A stretch of DNA of 64,000 nucleotides from Patescibacteria group bacterium. GTDB taxonomy: Bacteria; Patescibacteriota; Patescibacteriia; Patescibacteriales; UBA12465. Made by a program: the position numbers and the translations under genes. The first letter of the stretch is position 1, and each line of letters opens with the position of its first letter. The notes beneath the pieces are model-generated. The model was not told the origin of the DNA. It did no database searches and was given only the letters and a program-made list of their open reading frames with translations. This document shows positions 8,394-17,328 of the stretch, piece after piece. The stretch spans positions 64,691 through 128,690 of the forward strand of contig JBAZTY010000001.1 of assembly GCA_041661685.1 (NCBI GenBank). Reading direction: 5' to 3'.

Positions 8394-10220
8394 ATGACCT
8401 CAAGCGAACTCCGCCAAAAATATCTGGATTTTTTTAAGAGCTATGATCACGCTGTGATTTCTAGCGCTTCTTTGATTCCGGAAAATGATCCGACTGTCCT
8501 GTTCACGACCGCCGGCATGCATCCTTTAGTCCCATATCTATTGGGCGAAAAGCATCCGGCTGGAAAGCGCCTGACCAACGCCCAGAAATGCATTCGCACC
8601 GGCGATATTGAAGAAGTCGGCGACGCGACTCATCATACTTTTTTTGAAATGATGGGTAACTGGTCATTGGGAGATTATTTTAAGAAAGAAGCTATTAATT
8701 TTAGCTGGGAATTTTTAACTAGTGATAAATGGCTCAATCTTGATAAGGATCGCTTGGCTGTTTCCGTCTTTAAGGGCGATACTGATGCGCCTTTTGACGA
8801 GGAAGCTTATAATTTATGGGTAGAAATATTTAAGCAAAATAATTTGCCGTTAGAACGCATCGCTAAATTGCCGAAAAAAAATAATTGGTGGGGCCCGGCT
8901 GGAATAACCGGACCGTGCGGACCCGATACAGAAATATTTTATTGGACCGGCGAGGCCGCGCATACCCCCGGCAGTTTCAATGATGATAATGATTCTTGGG
9001 TGGAGATCTGGAATAACGTTTTCATGCAATATAATAAAAATGTCGCCGGAAAATTCGAGCCTTTAGTCCAGAAAAATGTAGACACTGGCTTGGGCCTGGA
9101 AAGAGTACTCGCTGTCATGAATGGCCTGGATGATAATTACAAAACCGATTTATTCATTAATATCATTAAGAAGATAGAAGAGCTGAGTAGCCATAAATAT
9201 GGGGAGAATACGGAAACAACGCGCGCGATGCGCATCATCGCCGACCACCTCAAGGCCGCAACTTTTATTGTTGGCGACAATCGCGGAGTCGCTCCGTCTA
9301 ATACTGATCAAGGTTATGTTGTTCGTCGTTTAATTAGGCGCGCTATTCGCTATGGACGCCAATTGGGTATCGCTAAGGAACTATGGACGGCCGATATCGC
9401 CACTATCGCGATTAATGATTATAAAGATATCTATCCGGAATTTGAAAAAAATAAAGCTTTCATTCTTGACAATCTGAATAAGGAAGAAGAAAAATTTAAT
9501 CGGACTTTAGAAAAAGGCCTGATTGAGTTCAATAAATTATCCGTTAACGGCATCAGCGGGGAAGAAGCCTTCAATCTTTATCAGAGCTACGGTTTCCCAT
9601 TGGAAATAACCGAAGAATTAGCTAAAGAGAAAGGCGTGACTATCGATCGCGCTGGTTTTGAAGTTGAACTCAAAAAGCATCAAGACCTATCTCGCACCGC
9701 TTCGGCCGGAAAATTTAAAGGCGGTTTGGCTGACGCCGGCGAGGAGACTGTTAAGCTGCATACGGCTGCGCATTTGCTTCTGGCCGCTTTGCGCCGTGTC
9801 TTGGGAGATCATGTTTTACAGAAGGGCGCTAACATCACCCCCGAGCGTTTGCGCCTTGATTTTTCTCATCCAGAAAAGATGACGCCTGATCAGATAAGCC
9901 AGGTCGAGAATCTCGTTAATGAAGCTATCAAGAGCGATTTTAAAGTAATCTGCGAAGAATTAACTTTAGAAGAAGCAAAAAGGCGGGGCGCGATGGGAGT
10001 TTTTGATTCGAAATATGGAGAAAAAGTGAAGGTTTATACGGTCTGTCATTTGGGAGAGGGTAATAATCTTTCCCCAGAATCTCTAAAATCAGCCTTTTCG
10101 CAGGAAATCTGCGGCGGCCCCAATGTAGAAAATACGCAGATATTAGGACATTTTTCTATTCAGAAGGAAGAGGCTTCAAGTGCCGGAGTTAGGAGAATTA
10201 AGGCTATCTTAACGAAATAA
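8394..10220 (+). CDS. alaS: Alanyl-tRNA synthetase, short form lacking the C-Ala domain
   Basis: 608 aa. N-terminus SSELRQKYLDFFKSYDH, FTTAGM, editing-domain HTAAHLL and AGVRRIKA motifs. Ends right after the editing domain. Confidence 0.92.
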   Translation: MTSSELRQKYLDFFKSYDHAVISSASLIPENDPTVLFTTAGMHPLVPYLLGEKHPAGKRLTNAQKCIRTGDIEEVGDATHHTFFEMMGNWSLGDYFKKEAINFSWEFLTSDKWLNLDKDRLAVSVFKGDTDAPFDEEAYNLWVEIFKQNNLPLERIAKLPKKNNWWGPAGITGPCGPDTEIFYWTGEAAHTPGSFNDDNDSWVEIWNNVFMQYNKNVAGKFEPLVQKNVDTGLGLERVLAVMNGLDDNYKTDLFINIIKKIEELSSHKYGENTETTRAMRIIADHLKAATFIVGDNRGVAPSNTDQGYVVRRLIRRAIRYGRQLGIAKELWTADIATIAINDYKDIYPEFEKNKAFILDNLNKEEEKFNRTLEKGLIEFNKLSVNGISGEEAFNLYQSYGFPLEITEELAKEKGVTIDRAGFEVELKKHQDLSRTASAGKFKGGLADAGEETVKLHTAAHLLLAALRRVLGDHVLQKGANITPERLRLDFSHPEKMTPDQISQVENLVNEAIKSDFKVICEELTLEEAKRRGAMGVFDSKYGEKVKVYTVCHLGEGNNLSPESLKSAFSQEICGGPNVENTQILGHFSIQKEEASSAGVRRIKAILTK

Positions 10221-10229
10221 CCCCGTCTA

Positions 10230-10258
10230 TTGACAACTTCCAAACTTATCTCTATAAT
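10230..10258 (+). promoter_or_regulatory. Consensus sigma70-type promoter upstream of infA
   Basis: TTGACA (10230-10235), 17-nt spacer, TATAAT (10253-10258). Confidence 0.6.
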
Positions 10259-10346
10259 AATTTTATTAAGATCAAGCGAAAAAATATCTTAAATAATTTT
10301 TAAAGAATTTTGATAAAACGCTCTTAGGCCTTTATCAAATTTTTTT

Positions 10347-10610
10347 GTGTTAATGTCAAACGAAAAAGAAAATAATAACGACGGTTCCGCTACGCTCAAC
10401 GCCAAAGACTTCATTGAGATGCAGGGCGAAGTATTGGAACTGATGCCCGCGGCCAGCTTTAAGGTCGGCTTGGAAAATGGGCATGAAATTTTAGCTCACC
10501 TATCGGGAAAAATGCGGATGAATAAAATTCGCTTGCTTCCGGGTGATAAGGTCAAGCTGCAGATCAGCCCCTATGACCTGACCAAGGGCCGGATAACTTA
10601 TCGCATGTAA
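10347..10610 (+). CDS. infA: Translation initiation factor IF-1
   Basis: S1-like core [10 protein letters not shown]...[19 protein letters not shown]...[16 protein letters not shown] at 10347 or ATG at 10353. Confidence 0.93.
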   Translation: MLMSNEKENNNDGSATLNAKDFIEMQGEVLELMPAASFKVGLENGHEILAHLSGKMRMNKIRLLPGDKVKLQISPYDLTKGRITYRM

Positions 10611-10637
10611 TTCACGTTAATTAGATAAATCTTTTAT

Positions 10638-10751
10638 ATGAAAGTAAGAGCCAGTGCTAAAAAAATTTGTAAAGATTGTAAAGTGGTCCGCCGCAAAGGC
10701 TGCGTCCATGTTATTTGTAAAAATCCTAAACATAAACAAAGACAAGGTTAA
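10638..10751 (+). CDS. rpmJ: 50S ribosomal protein L36
   Basis: Not in the ORF track (37 aa). Hand translation gives [37 protein letters not shown], with stop TAA at 10749-10751. Canonical infA-rpmJ-rpsM position. Confidence 0.9.
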   Translation: MKVRASAKKICKDCKVVRRKGCVHVICKNPKHKQRQG

Positions 10752-10763
10752 TCTTTTAATATT

Positions 10764-11159
10764 ATGGCAGTAAGAATCGCGGGAGTTAACATCCCTAATG
10801 ACAAAAGAATCGAAATCGCTCTGACTTATATCCACGGCATCGGGACCACTCGGGCTACTAAGATTTTGGCCGAGGCTAAGGTCAACAAGGATATCAGAGT
10901 CAAAGATTTGAAAGAAACTGAAGTTAATACGCTTCGGGAAATTGTTGAGAAGAAATACACGGTTGAAGGCGATCTGCGCCGTGAGGTGTCTAGCAATATC
11001 AAGCGTTTAAGAGAAATCGGCTGCTATCGCGGTTTACGCCACGCTAAGCACCTTCCGGTTCGCGGACAGCGCACTAAGACTAATAGCCGCACGGTTAGAG
11101 GCAATAAGCGCGTAACCATGGGCAGCGGCAAGAGCAAGGCTGGCTTACAGAAGACTTAA
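10764..11159 (+). CDS. rpsM: 30S ribosomal protein S13
   Basis: [27 protein letters not shown]... is a typical S13 sequence. Confidence 0.95.
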   Translation: MAVRIAGVNIPNDKRIEIALTYIHGIGTTRATKILAEAKVNKDIRVKDLKETEVNTLREIVEKKYTVEGDLRREVSSNIKRLREIGCYRGLRHAKHLPVRGQRTKTNSRTVRGNKRVTMGSGKSKAGLQKT

Positions 11160-11196
11160 TCCAATAATTTGAGCATTACGAACTAAGAATTAAATT

Positions 11197-11763
11197 ATGT
11201 CAGAAGAAGTAAAAAAAGAAGAAACCCCGATAATCGGCGGAACTAATAAAGAAGAAACCAGCGAGCCTAAAGAAGAAAAAGAGGCCCCGGAGTTTTCTTT
11301 TGATTCAGCTGTCGAGGAATTACCCGAAGAAATCAAGCAGAAACTGGAAAAGAATAAGGCTGCTAGAGCGAAAAAAAAGCTGATCAAGAAGAAAAAGAAG
11401 AAGACCGCTAAGGTCGTTAAGATTGGCCGCGCTTATATTCAGGCGACTTATAACAACACCATGATCACTCTGACGGACCCCAATGGCGATGTGATTTCTT
11501 GGGCGAGCGCCGGTTTAGCCGGTTTCAAGGGCGCTAAGAAAGCGACTCCTTATGCTGCTCAAATCATCACTAAGATCGCTTCTCAGAAAGCCAGAGAAGA
11601 ATACGGACTGGAAGAAGTGAGCGTTTTCGTTTCCGGCGTCGGCACCGGCCGTGAAGCGGCTATCCGCGCTTTGAATGCCAATGGCCTGAACGTCACCTCG
11701 ATTAAAGATATGACCTCCGTGCCTCATAATGGTTGCCGTCCGAAGAAACCGAGAAGAGTCTAA
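11197..11763 (+). CDS. rpsK: 30S ribosomal protein S11 with about 60-aa Lys/Glu-rich N-terminal extension
   Basis: C-terminal 125 aa is canonical S11 ([18 protein letters not shown]...[12 protein letters not shown]). The N-terminus is low-complexity E/K. Confidence 0.93.
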   Translation: MSEEVKKEETPIIGGTNKEETSEPKEEKEAPEFSFDSAVEELPEEIKQKLEKNKAARAKKKLIKKKKKKTAKVVKIGRAYIQATYNNTMITLTDPNGDVISWASAGLAGFKGAKKATPYAAQIITKIASQKAREEYGLEEVSVFVSGVGTGREAAIRALNANGLNVTSIKDMTSVPHNGCRPKKPRRV

Positions 11764-11807
11764 TCATAATTATAAAAAAGACATAAAGTCATTAACGATA
11801 CAAAGCT

Positions 11808-12437
11808 ATGGGAAGAAATATTGACAGCACATGCAGCCAGTGCCGCCGTTCCGGTGAGAAGCTGTTCTTAAAAGGAGACCGCTGTTCCACTCCGAAATGC
11901 GCGATGATCAAGCGTAATTACGCTCCTGGTTTTCATGGTCCTAAGGGCCGCAAGCGCTTAAGCGACTACGGAGCTCAGTTAGCGGAAAAACAGAAAGCCA
12001 AGAAATTCTATGGCTTGCTAGAAAAGCAATTCCGCTTGACTCTGGAGAAGGCTTCTAAGAAACAAGGCGATGCCGGTAAGAATTTTTTACGTGCCCTAGA
12101 AATGCGTTTGGACAACGTCGTTTATCGCTTGGGCTGGGCCACGTCTCGCGCGGCTGCTCGCCAATTAGTCAACCATGGTCATTTCACCGTTGATGCTCGT
12201 AAGGCTGATATCCCGTCTTTCTCCGTTAAGGCCGGCCAGACTATCAAGGTCAAGAAGAATAGCGCTAATAGCCCTTACTTCAAGAAAGCCGTTGAGCATC
12301 TCAAGAAAGCAGATCGTCCGAGCTGGTTGAACTTTGACGCCAAGGATTTGAGCGCTAAAGTTCTGCATGAGCCTAAAGACGCTGATTTGCCTCAGAATCT
12401 TAACGTTCAAGTGATCATTGAGTATTACTCAAAATAA
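11808..12437 (+). CDS. rpsD: 30S ribosomal protein S4
   Basis: N-terminal Zn-ribbon CSQCRR...CSTPKC and an S4 RNA-binding domain. Confidence 0.95.
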   Translation: MGRNIDSTCSQCRRSGEKLFLKGDRCSTPKCAMIKRNYAPGFHGPKGRKRLSDYGAQLAEKQKAKKFYGLLEKQFRLTLEKASKKQGDAGKNFLRALEMRLDNVVYRLGWATSRAAARQLVNHGHFTVDARKADIPSFSVKAGQTIKVKKNSANSPYFKKAVEHLKKADRPSWLNFDAKDLSAKVLHEPKDADLPQNLNVQVIIEYYSK

Positions 12438-12446
12438 TCTCAAATA

Positions 12447-12467
12447 ATACGGGCGACTCGCCCGTAT
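12447..12467 (+). other. Stable hairpin in the rpsD-rpoA spacer
   Basis: ATACGGGCG ACT CGCCCGTAT, a 9-bp GC-rich stem with no U-tract after it. Confidence 0.5.
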
Positions 12468-12479
12468 ACATAAAAAAAT

Positions 12480-13292
12480 ATGCAAAACATTGCACTGCCA
12501 AAAAAAATTGAATTCAAAGCCGGTAAGGATGTCCATGAGGGTATCGTTACGGTTGAACCTTTATTTCCGGGTTACGGCATGACTTTAGGTAATTCTTTGC
12601 GCCGCGTTCTCTTGTCCTCTCTCCCGGGAGCCGCTGTTATCGGCGCTAAGATAAAAGGTGCCAGTCATGAATTCATGGCTCTGCCTCATGTTAAGGAAGA
12701 TGTCTTAGAAATTTTATTAAACCTCAAGCAATTGCGCCTTAAGACTTTTACGGAAGAAGAAGTGCGTTTGGACCTTAAGGTTAAGGGTAAGAAAACCGTT
12801 AAGGCGAGCGATATCACCAAGAACTCCGAAGTAGAGATTAAGAATCCGGAATTAGTTATCGCTCATATCACTGATGAAGCCGGCAGCCTGGACATAGAAA
12901 TAACCGTTCAAGAAGGCCGCGGCTATAAGATGTCTGAAAATGTGAAGAAAGATACCCGCGAAATCGGCTATATCGAAATCGATTCTGTCTTTTCTCCGGT
13001 TACCCTCGTCAGCATCAGCGTGGAGAATACCCGCGTCGGTAAGATGACTAACTGGGATAAATTAGTTTTAGATATTAAGACTGACGGAACCATTACTGCC
13101 GAAAACGCTTTTAATGAAGCGGTTAAGATCCTAGTCGATCAATACTCCTCATTCCTGGCTATCTCTGGCCAGAAGGAAGAGAAGACAGTCGCCGCTCCAG
13201 AAGCTATAGCCGAAGAAACCGAAGAAGTTGAAGAAGCTAAGGAAGAAAAGGCTGAAAAGAAAGAAAAGAAAGCTAAAAAAATTAAGAAATAA
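12480..13292 (+). CDS. rpoA: RNA polymerase alpha subunit, N-terminal domain only, acidic/basic tail instead of the alpha C-terminal domain
   Basis: 270 aa. The N-terminal domain aligns through ...AVKILVDQYSSFLAI, then only EEKTVAAPEAIAEETEEVEEAKEEKAEKKEKKAKKIKK follows. Confidence 0.9.
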   Translation: MQNIALPKKIEFKAGKDVHEGIVTVEPLFPGYGMTLGNSLRRVLLSSLPGAAVIGAKIKGASHEFMALPHVKEDVLEILLNLKQLRLKTFTEEEVRLDLKVKGKKTVKASDITKNSEVEIKNPELVIAHITDEAGSLDIEITVQEGRGYKMSENVKKDTREIGYIEIDSVFSPVTLVSISVENTRVGKMTNWDKLVLDIKTDGTITAENAFNEAVKILVDQYSSFLAISGQKEEKTVAAPEAIAEETEEVEEAKEEKAEKKEKKAKKIKK

Positions 13293-13315
13293 TTCGTAAT
13301 CGTAATTGAACTGAT

Positions 13316-13666
13316 ATGCGTCACAGAAACAAAAACAAGATTTTGGATCGCCAGAAAGGTCCGCGCGAACTGATGCTTCGTAACCTAGCTTCTAGTATTT
13401 TAATATACGAGAAAGTTAAGACGACTAAAGCCAAAGCTCAGGCTGTCCGTCCTTTAGTGGAAAAGATGATCACCTCTTCCAAGGCCGGAGATCTGACCGC
13501 TCGTCGCGGCTTGATCAAAGTCTTATTACAGAAGAATGCCGTCAAGAAAGCGATTGAAGTGCTCGGCGTCCGCTACAAGACTCGTCCGGGCGGCTATACT
13601 CGCACTACTAAATTAGGAACTCGTCAGGGTGATGGCGCGGAGATGGTCCAGATTGAATTAGTATAA
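13316..13666 (+). CDS. rplQ: 50S ribosomal protein L17
   Basis: MRHRNKNKILDRQKGPRELMLRNLASSIL... is a typical L17 N-terminus. Follows rpoA. Confidence 0.94.
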   Translation: MRHRNKNKILDRQKGPRELMLRNLASSILIYEKVKTTKAKAQAVRPLVEKMITSSKAGDLTARRGLIKVLLQKNAVKKAIEVLGVRYKTRPGGYTRTTKLGTRQGDGAEMVQIELV

Positions 13667-13673
13667 ATATCAT

Positions 13674-14030
13674 ATGAAAAATATTGAAAGAAAATTAATA
13701 AAGATTGACGCTACCGGCAAGGCCATCGGACGCATGGCGACCGTTATCGCTCTTACCTTAAGAGGGAAGATGAAACCGGAATATCAGGCGCATTTGGATT
13801 TGGGCGATATCGTCGAAGTTTCCAATCTGGCGAAAGCTAAATTCACCGGCAAGAAGCTGGGTCAGAAAGAATATCATCATTACTCCGGTTATCTCGGCGG
13901 CTTGAAGACCAAGAAGATGTCCGAAATGTTCGTTAAGGATCCGGGTGAAGTCTTATTCAGAGCCGTGCGCGAGATGCTTCCTCCGACGAAGTTGCGCACT
14001 GATATGCTCAAAAGATTAATTATCAAATAA
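13674..14030 (+). CDS. rplM: 50S ribosomal protein L13 (short form)
   Basis: IDATGKAIGRMATVIALTLRGK...YHHYSGYLGGLK are typical L13 motifs. Confidence 0.93.
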   Translation: MKNIERKLIKIDATGKAIGRMATVIALTLRGKMKPEYQAHLDLGDIVEVSNLAKAKFTGKKLGQKEYHHYSGYLGGLKTKKMSEMFVKDPGEVLFRAVREMLPPTKLRTDMLKRLIIK

Positions 14031-14031
14031 T

Positions 14032-14541
14032 ATGGCAGAAAGAAAAGCAAAACCAGCTAAAGCTAAAGAGCTTGAGATCGGAGAAGTCCTGATCACTGAA
14101 ACCCCCTTGGAAGAAGAGAAGGAATGGGCGAAGAATGAAGTCGCTGAATTCAAAGGCAAATATATCAAGGCTGTCGGCCGCCGCAAGACTGCGGTCGCTA
14201 AGGTCCGTTTATATGAAGGTGGCAAGGGCATCATCATGATCAATGGTATGCGCGCTAGCCAGTATTTTCCTGGTGAAGGCGCCAGCTTGATTTCTCAGCC
14301 TTTAAAGGCGACCGGTCATGGCCGCGATTATAATTTTTCCGTCATCGCTCAAGGCGGCGGCAAGCAGGGTCAGATCGGCGCTGTCCGTTTAGGCATTGCT
14401 CGTGCTGTCTTCGCGCTTGATCCAGCCACTAAGGAGGCTTTGAAGGTCAATGATTTCTTAACTCGCGATCCGAGACAGGTGGAAAGAAAGAAACCGGGTC
14501 TGCGCAAAGCCAGAAAGGCCCCGCAATGGAGCAAACGTTAA
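14032..14541 (+). CDS. rpsI: 30S ribosomal protein S9 with about 40-aa N-terminal extension
   Basis: C-terminal GRRKTAVAKVRLYEG...GGGKQGQIGAVRLGIARA...RDPRQVERKKPGLRKARKAPQWSKR. Confidence 0.94.
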   Translation: MAERKAKPAKAKELEIGEVLITETPLEEEKEWAKNEVAEFKGKYIKAVGRRKTAVAKVRLYEGGKGIIMINGMRASQYFPGEGASLISQPLKATGHGRDYNFSVIAQGGGKQGQIGAVRLGIARAVFALDPATKEALKVNDFLTRDPRQVERKKPGLRKARKAPQWSKR

Positions 14542-14565
14542 TCTGCCAAATTACCTCTATATACG

Positions 14566-14594
14566 AAAACGTCCGTCTATTCGGACGTTTTTTG
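14566..14594 (+). terminator. Intrinsic terminator after rpsI
   Basis: CGTCCG TCTATT CGGACG stem-loop followed by TTTTTTG. Confidence 0.7.
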
Positions 14595-14610
14595 TTATCC
14601 TTGGATATTC

Positions 14611-14619
14611 TGATATAAT
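14611..14619 (+). promoter_or_regulatory. Extended -10 promoter element upstream of prfB
   Basis: TGaTATAAT, 8 nt before the prfB ATG region. No good -35. Confidence 0.35.
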
Positions 14620-14626
14620 ATAAAAT

Positions 14627-15739
14627 ATGGAAAATCTCTTGAAAAAACTGGAAGAGCTGCGAGAATGCTTTCTGAAGACGAAGGCGCTTTTAGATATTGA
14701 TCGCAAGACCGTGCAAGAGAAGGAGCTACGCCTCAGGATGTCGGAACCTGATTTCTGGGATGACCGCGAGAGTGCGGTTAAGATTGGCCGGGAAGCGGAA
14801 GAATTATCTTTAGAAACTAAGGAATGGCGAGCCTTGGAAAAAGAGATTAGAGAAGCGGAAGAGATGGCGGCTCTGGCGAGCCATGAAGCGGAAGCCAGCT
14901 CTGAAGCCAACGGAGAACTAGCAACCGATATGGAGAAAAAATATCTAGAATTGGAAGATAAATTCACTCACCTGGAGTTCGTCTCGCTCTTTTCTGAGAA
15001 ATATGACCATGATAACGCCTTGATAGCTATTCATGCCGGTACGGGCGGCATAGACGCTCAGGATTGGGCTCAAATGCTTGAGCGCATGTACTTGCGCTTT
15101 GCCGAGCGCCAAGGCTGGAAGGCGGAAATTATGGATAGGAATTATGGCAATGAAGCGGGTATCAAGAGTTCTGTAATACGCATATCCGGCGCTTGGGTTT
15201 ATGGCTATCTGAAAAGCGAAAACGGCCCGCATCGGCTATTGCGCAATTCACCTTTTAACGCCGATGGCCTGCGCCAGACTTCTTATGCGCTCGTCGAAGT
15301 TATTCCGGAGATAAAGGACGACGGGACTATAGTGATTAAAGATGAGGACGTGCGCATTGATGTTTTTCGTTCCAGTGGTCCGGGCGGCCAGAGCGTTAAC
15401 ACGACTGACTCGGCTGTGCGCTTAGTCCATATTCCGACTGGCATTACTGTTTCTTGCCAGAGCGAACGCTCACAGCATCAGAATAAAGAGAATGCTTTTA
15501 AGATTTTGAAAGCGAAATTATATCAGCGCGCTTTAGAAGAAAGAGAGACTGAAGAACGGCGGCTGAAAGGCGAAGTCCAGAAAGCGGCTTGGAGCTCGCA
15601 GATTCGGTCTTATTGCTTGTATGGCAAGCGTTATATAAAGGATCATCGGACTGAATATGAAACTTCCAATGTCGATGCCGTGCTCGATGGCGCGCTTGAA
15701 CCTTTTATGGAAGCGTATTTAAGATGGTTGAAGAAGTAA
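14627..15739 (+). CDS. prfB: Peptide chain release factor 2, encoded in a single frame
   Basis: 370 aa. SPF tripeptide (RNSPFNA) and GGQ (SGPGGQSVN). No in-frame UGA or frameshift site near codon 25. Confidence 0.93.
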   Translation: MENLLKKLEELRECFLKTKALLDIDRKTVQEKELRLRMSEPDFWDDRESAVKIGREAEELSLETKEWRALEKEIREAEEMAALASHEAEASSEANGELATDMEKKYLELEDKFTHLEFVSLFSEKYDHDNALIAIHAGTGGIDAQDWAQMLERMYLRFAERQGWKAEIMDRNYGNEAGIKSSVIRISGAWVYGYLKSENGPHRLLRNSPFNADGLRQTSYALVEVIPEIKDDGTIVIKDEDVRIDVFRSSGPGGQSVNTTDSAVRLVHIPTGITVSCQSERSQHQNKENAFKILKAKLYQRALEERETEERRLKGEVQKAAWSSQIRSYCLYGKRYIKDHRTEYETSNVDAVLDGALEPFMEAYLRWLKK

Positions 15740-15814
15740 CCCCGTCCAAGGACTTTATCTTTTCTTCATCTCCGATTTGTTAGAATGTCGCTATTAAACT
15801 AGCGGCATTTTTTT

Positions 15815-17212
15815 ATGGAGAAATTAAAGTTCTGGCGTTCGCCGTCTAAAATTTTGTTGGCTATAAATTTATTTTTTATCCTCCTTATCTTTATTCTCGG
15901 GTTTTTCCCGTCTATTTTTAAAAAAGAGATCGGGGCGGGTGACTTCGCTTTATATAACGGCCAGAAGATAGCTTTTACCGGCCGCGTCTGCGAAGAAGCG
16001 GATGTCGATTATAAGAGCCGGAGACTGACGTTATGCGTCGAAGGTCAGGCAAAAGGCCATGTGCTATTAACGACTAATCTATACCCCATCTATGATTACG
16101 GCGATTTTTTAAGCATCAGCGGGGAATTGCAAGCGCCGCCGATTATTGAAGGCTTTGACTACGAAAGTTATTTGGCGCGCTATGACATCTATTCGGTGAT
16201 GTATTATCCGAAAATAGGGATTGCGACCGAGACTCTCGCTTGGCCACAAAAAACTTATCAAGAATTGATAAAAGGTAAACAATATTTAAAATCTATTATC
16301 GATTCTAATTTGCCCGAACCAGAAGCTGGGCTAGCAGATGCGCTTCTGCTGGGTTATCGTCGGACCGTGATGAGGGAAGATTTAGATATCTTCGCGCGCG
16401 TGGGATTGAGCCATATGATTGCTATTTCCGGTTCGCATATCACGATTCTTAGCGCCATGGCTCTGAATTTTTTGTTGGCGCTCGGTTTTAATCGTCGGCG
16501 TGCCTTGAAACTTATTTTCCTATTTCTATTTCTATATCCCCTCATCACCGGCCTATCGGCGTCAGCTGTTCGCTCCGCTCTTATGGGAGCTTTGGCTTTT
16601 CTGGCAATTTACTATGAGCGGCTTAGTTCTTTAATCCGTGCTTTAGTTTTTGCGGCCGCGCTCATGCTAGCGTTCAACCCGCACCTCTTGCGTGACGATA
16701 TTGGTTTTCAATTATCTTTTTTGGCGCTCTTAGGAATAATTTATATCTATCCCTTGGGCGAAAGAATAACGCTGCGATTCTTAGAGAAGAGAAGATGGCG
16801 CACTAAACTAAAGAATATTTTTAAGAACATCTCGGACACTATCGTTCTGACTATCGTTTCCCAGATAGTTATTTTGCCAATAGCCTTGATAGACTTCCAA
16901 CAGTTCTCCATAATCGCGCCGCTAGCTAACGTTTTAGTCTTGTGGACATTCGCCCCGCTTCTCGCCGCGCTTATTATCGGAATTATAGCTACGGCCTTGA
17001 TTCCGTTCTTGGGAGTATTGTTTTTGATGCCCGCTTATTTCTTGTTGAGATTTATTTTTTTTATTTCGGAGATTTTAGCCCGGCCGTCTTGGGCGGCAGT
17101 TTCCGTTTCCGGATTTAATTGGTATCAGGGGATATTATATTATTTATTTTTATCCCTAGGCGTTATTTTAATTAGAAAATCTATAAAATCAAAAGATGGC
17201 CTTAAACCTTGA
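15815..17212 (+). CDS. comEC: ComEC/Rec2-family DNA uptake channel, competence domain only
   Basis: 465 aa polytopic membrane protein. GLSHMIAISGSHITIL motif. No C-terminal metallo-beta-lactamase domain. Confidence 0.85.
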   Translation: MEKLKFWRSPSKILLAINLFFILLIFILGFFPSIFKKEIGAGDFALYNGQKIAFTGRVCEEADVDYKSRRLTLCVEGQAKGHVLLTTNLYPIYDYGDFLSISGELQAPPIIEGFDYESYLARYDIYSVMYYPKIGIATETLAWPQKTYQELIKGKQYLKSIIDSNLPEPEAGLADALLLGYRRTVMREDLDIFARVGLSHMIAISGSHITILSAMALNFLLALGFNRRRALKLIFLFLFLYPLITGLSASAVRSALMGALAFLAIYYERLSSLIRALVFAAALMLAFNPHLLRDDIGFQLSFLALLGIIYIYPLGERITLRFLEKRRWRTKLKNIFKNISDTIVLTIVSQIVILPIALIDFQQFSIIAPLANVLVLWTFAPLLAALIIGIIATALIPFLGVLFLMPAYFLLRFIFFISEILARPSWAAVSVSGFNWYQGILYYLFLSLGVILIRKSIKSKDGLKP

Positions 17213-17328
17213 TAAAAATAAAATATTATGTTAATTTTAAATATTAAATCTGGGGCCTTATTTCGGCTCGATTTAATTAAAAAAGAACATTAATAACCTT
17301 AATATTAACTAAAGAAAGGAATTAAATC

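Noticed and set aside
14627-14760. Programmed +1 frameshift site in prfB
   Set aside because: The gene was read through from its ATG with no in-frame stop. No CUU-UGA type cassette is present, so no frameshift feature is annotated.
14557-14967. 136-aa minus-strand ORF
   Set aside because: It is antisense to the 5' part of prfB and to the rpsI terminator. The translation is Ser-rich low complexity.
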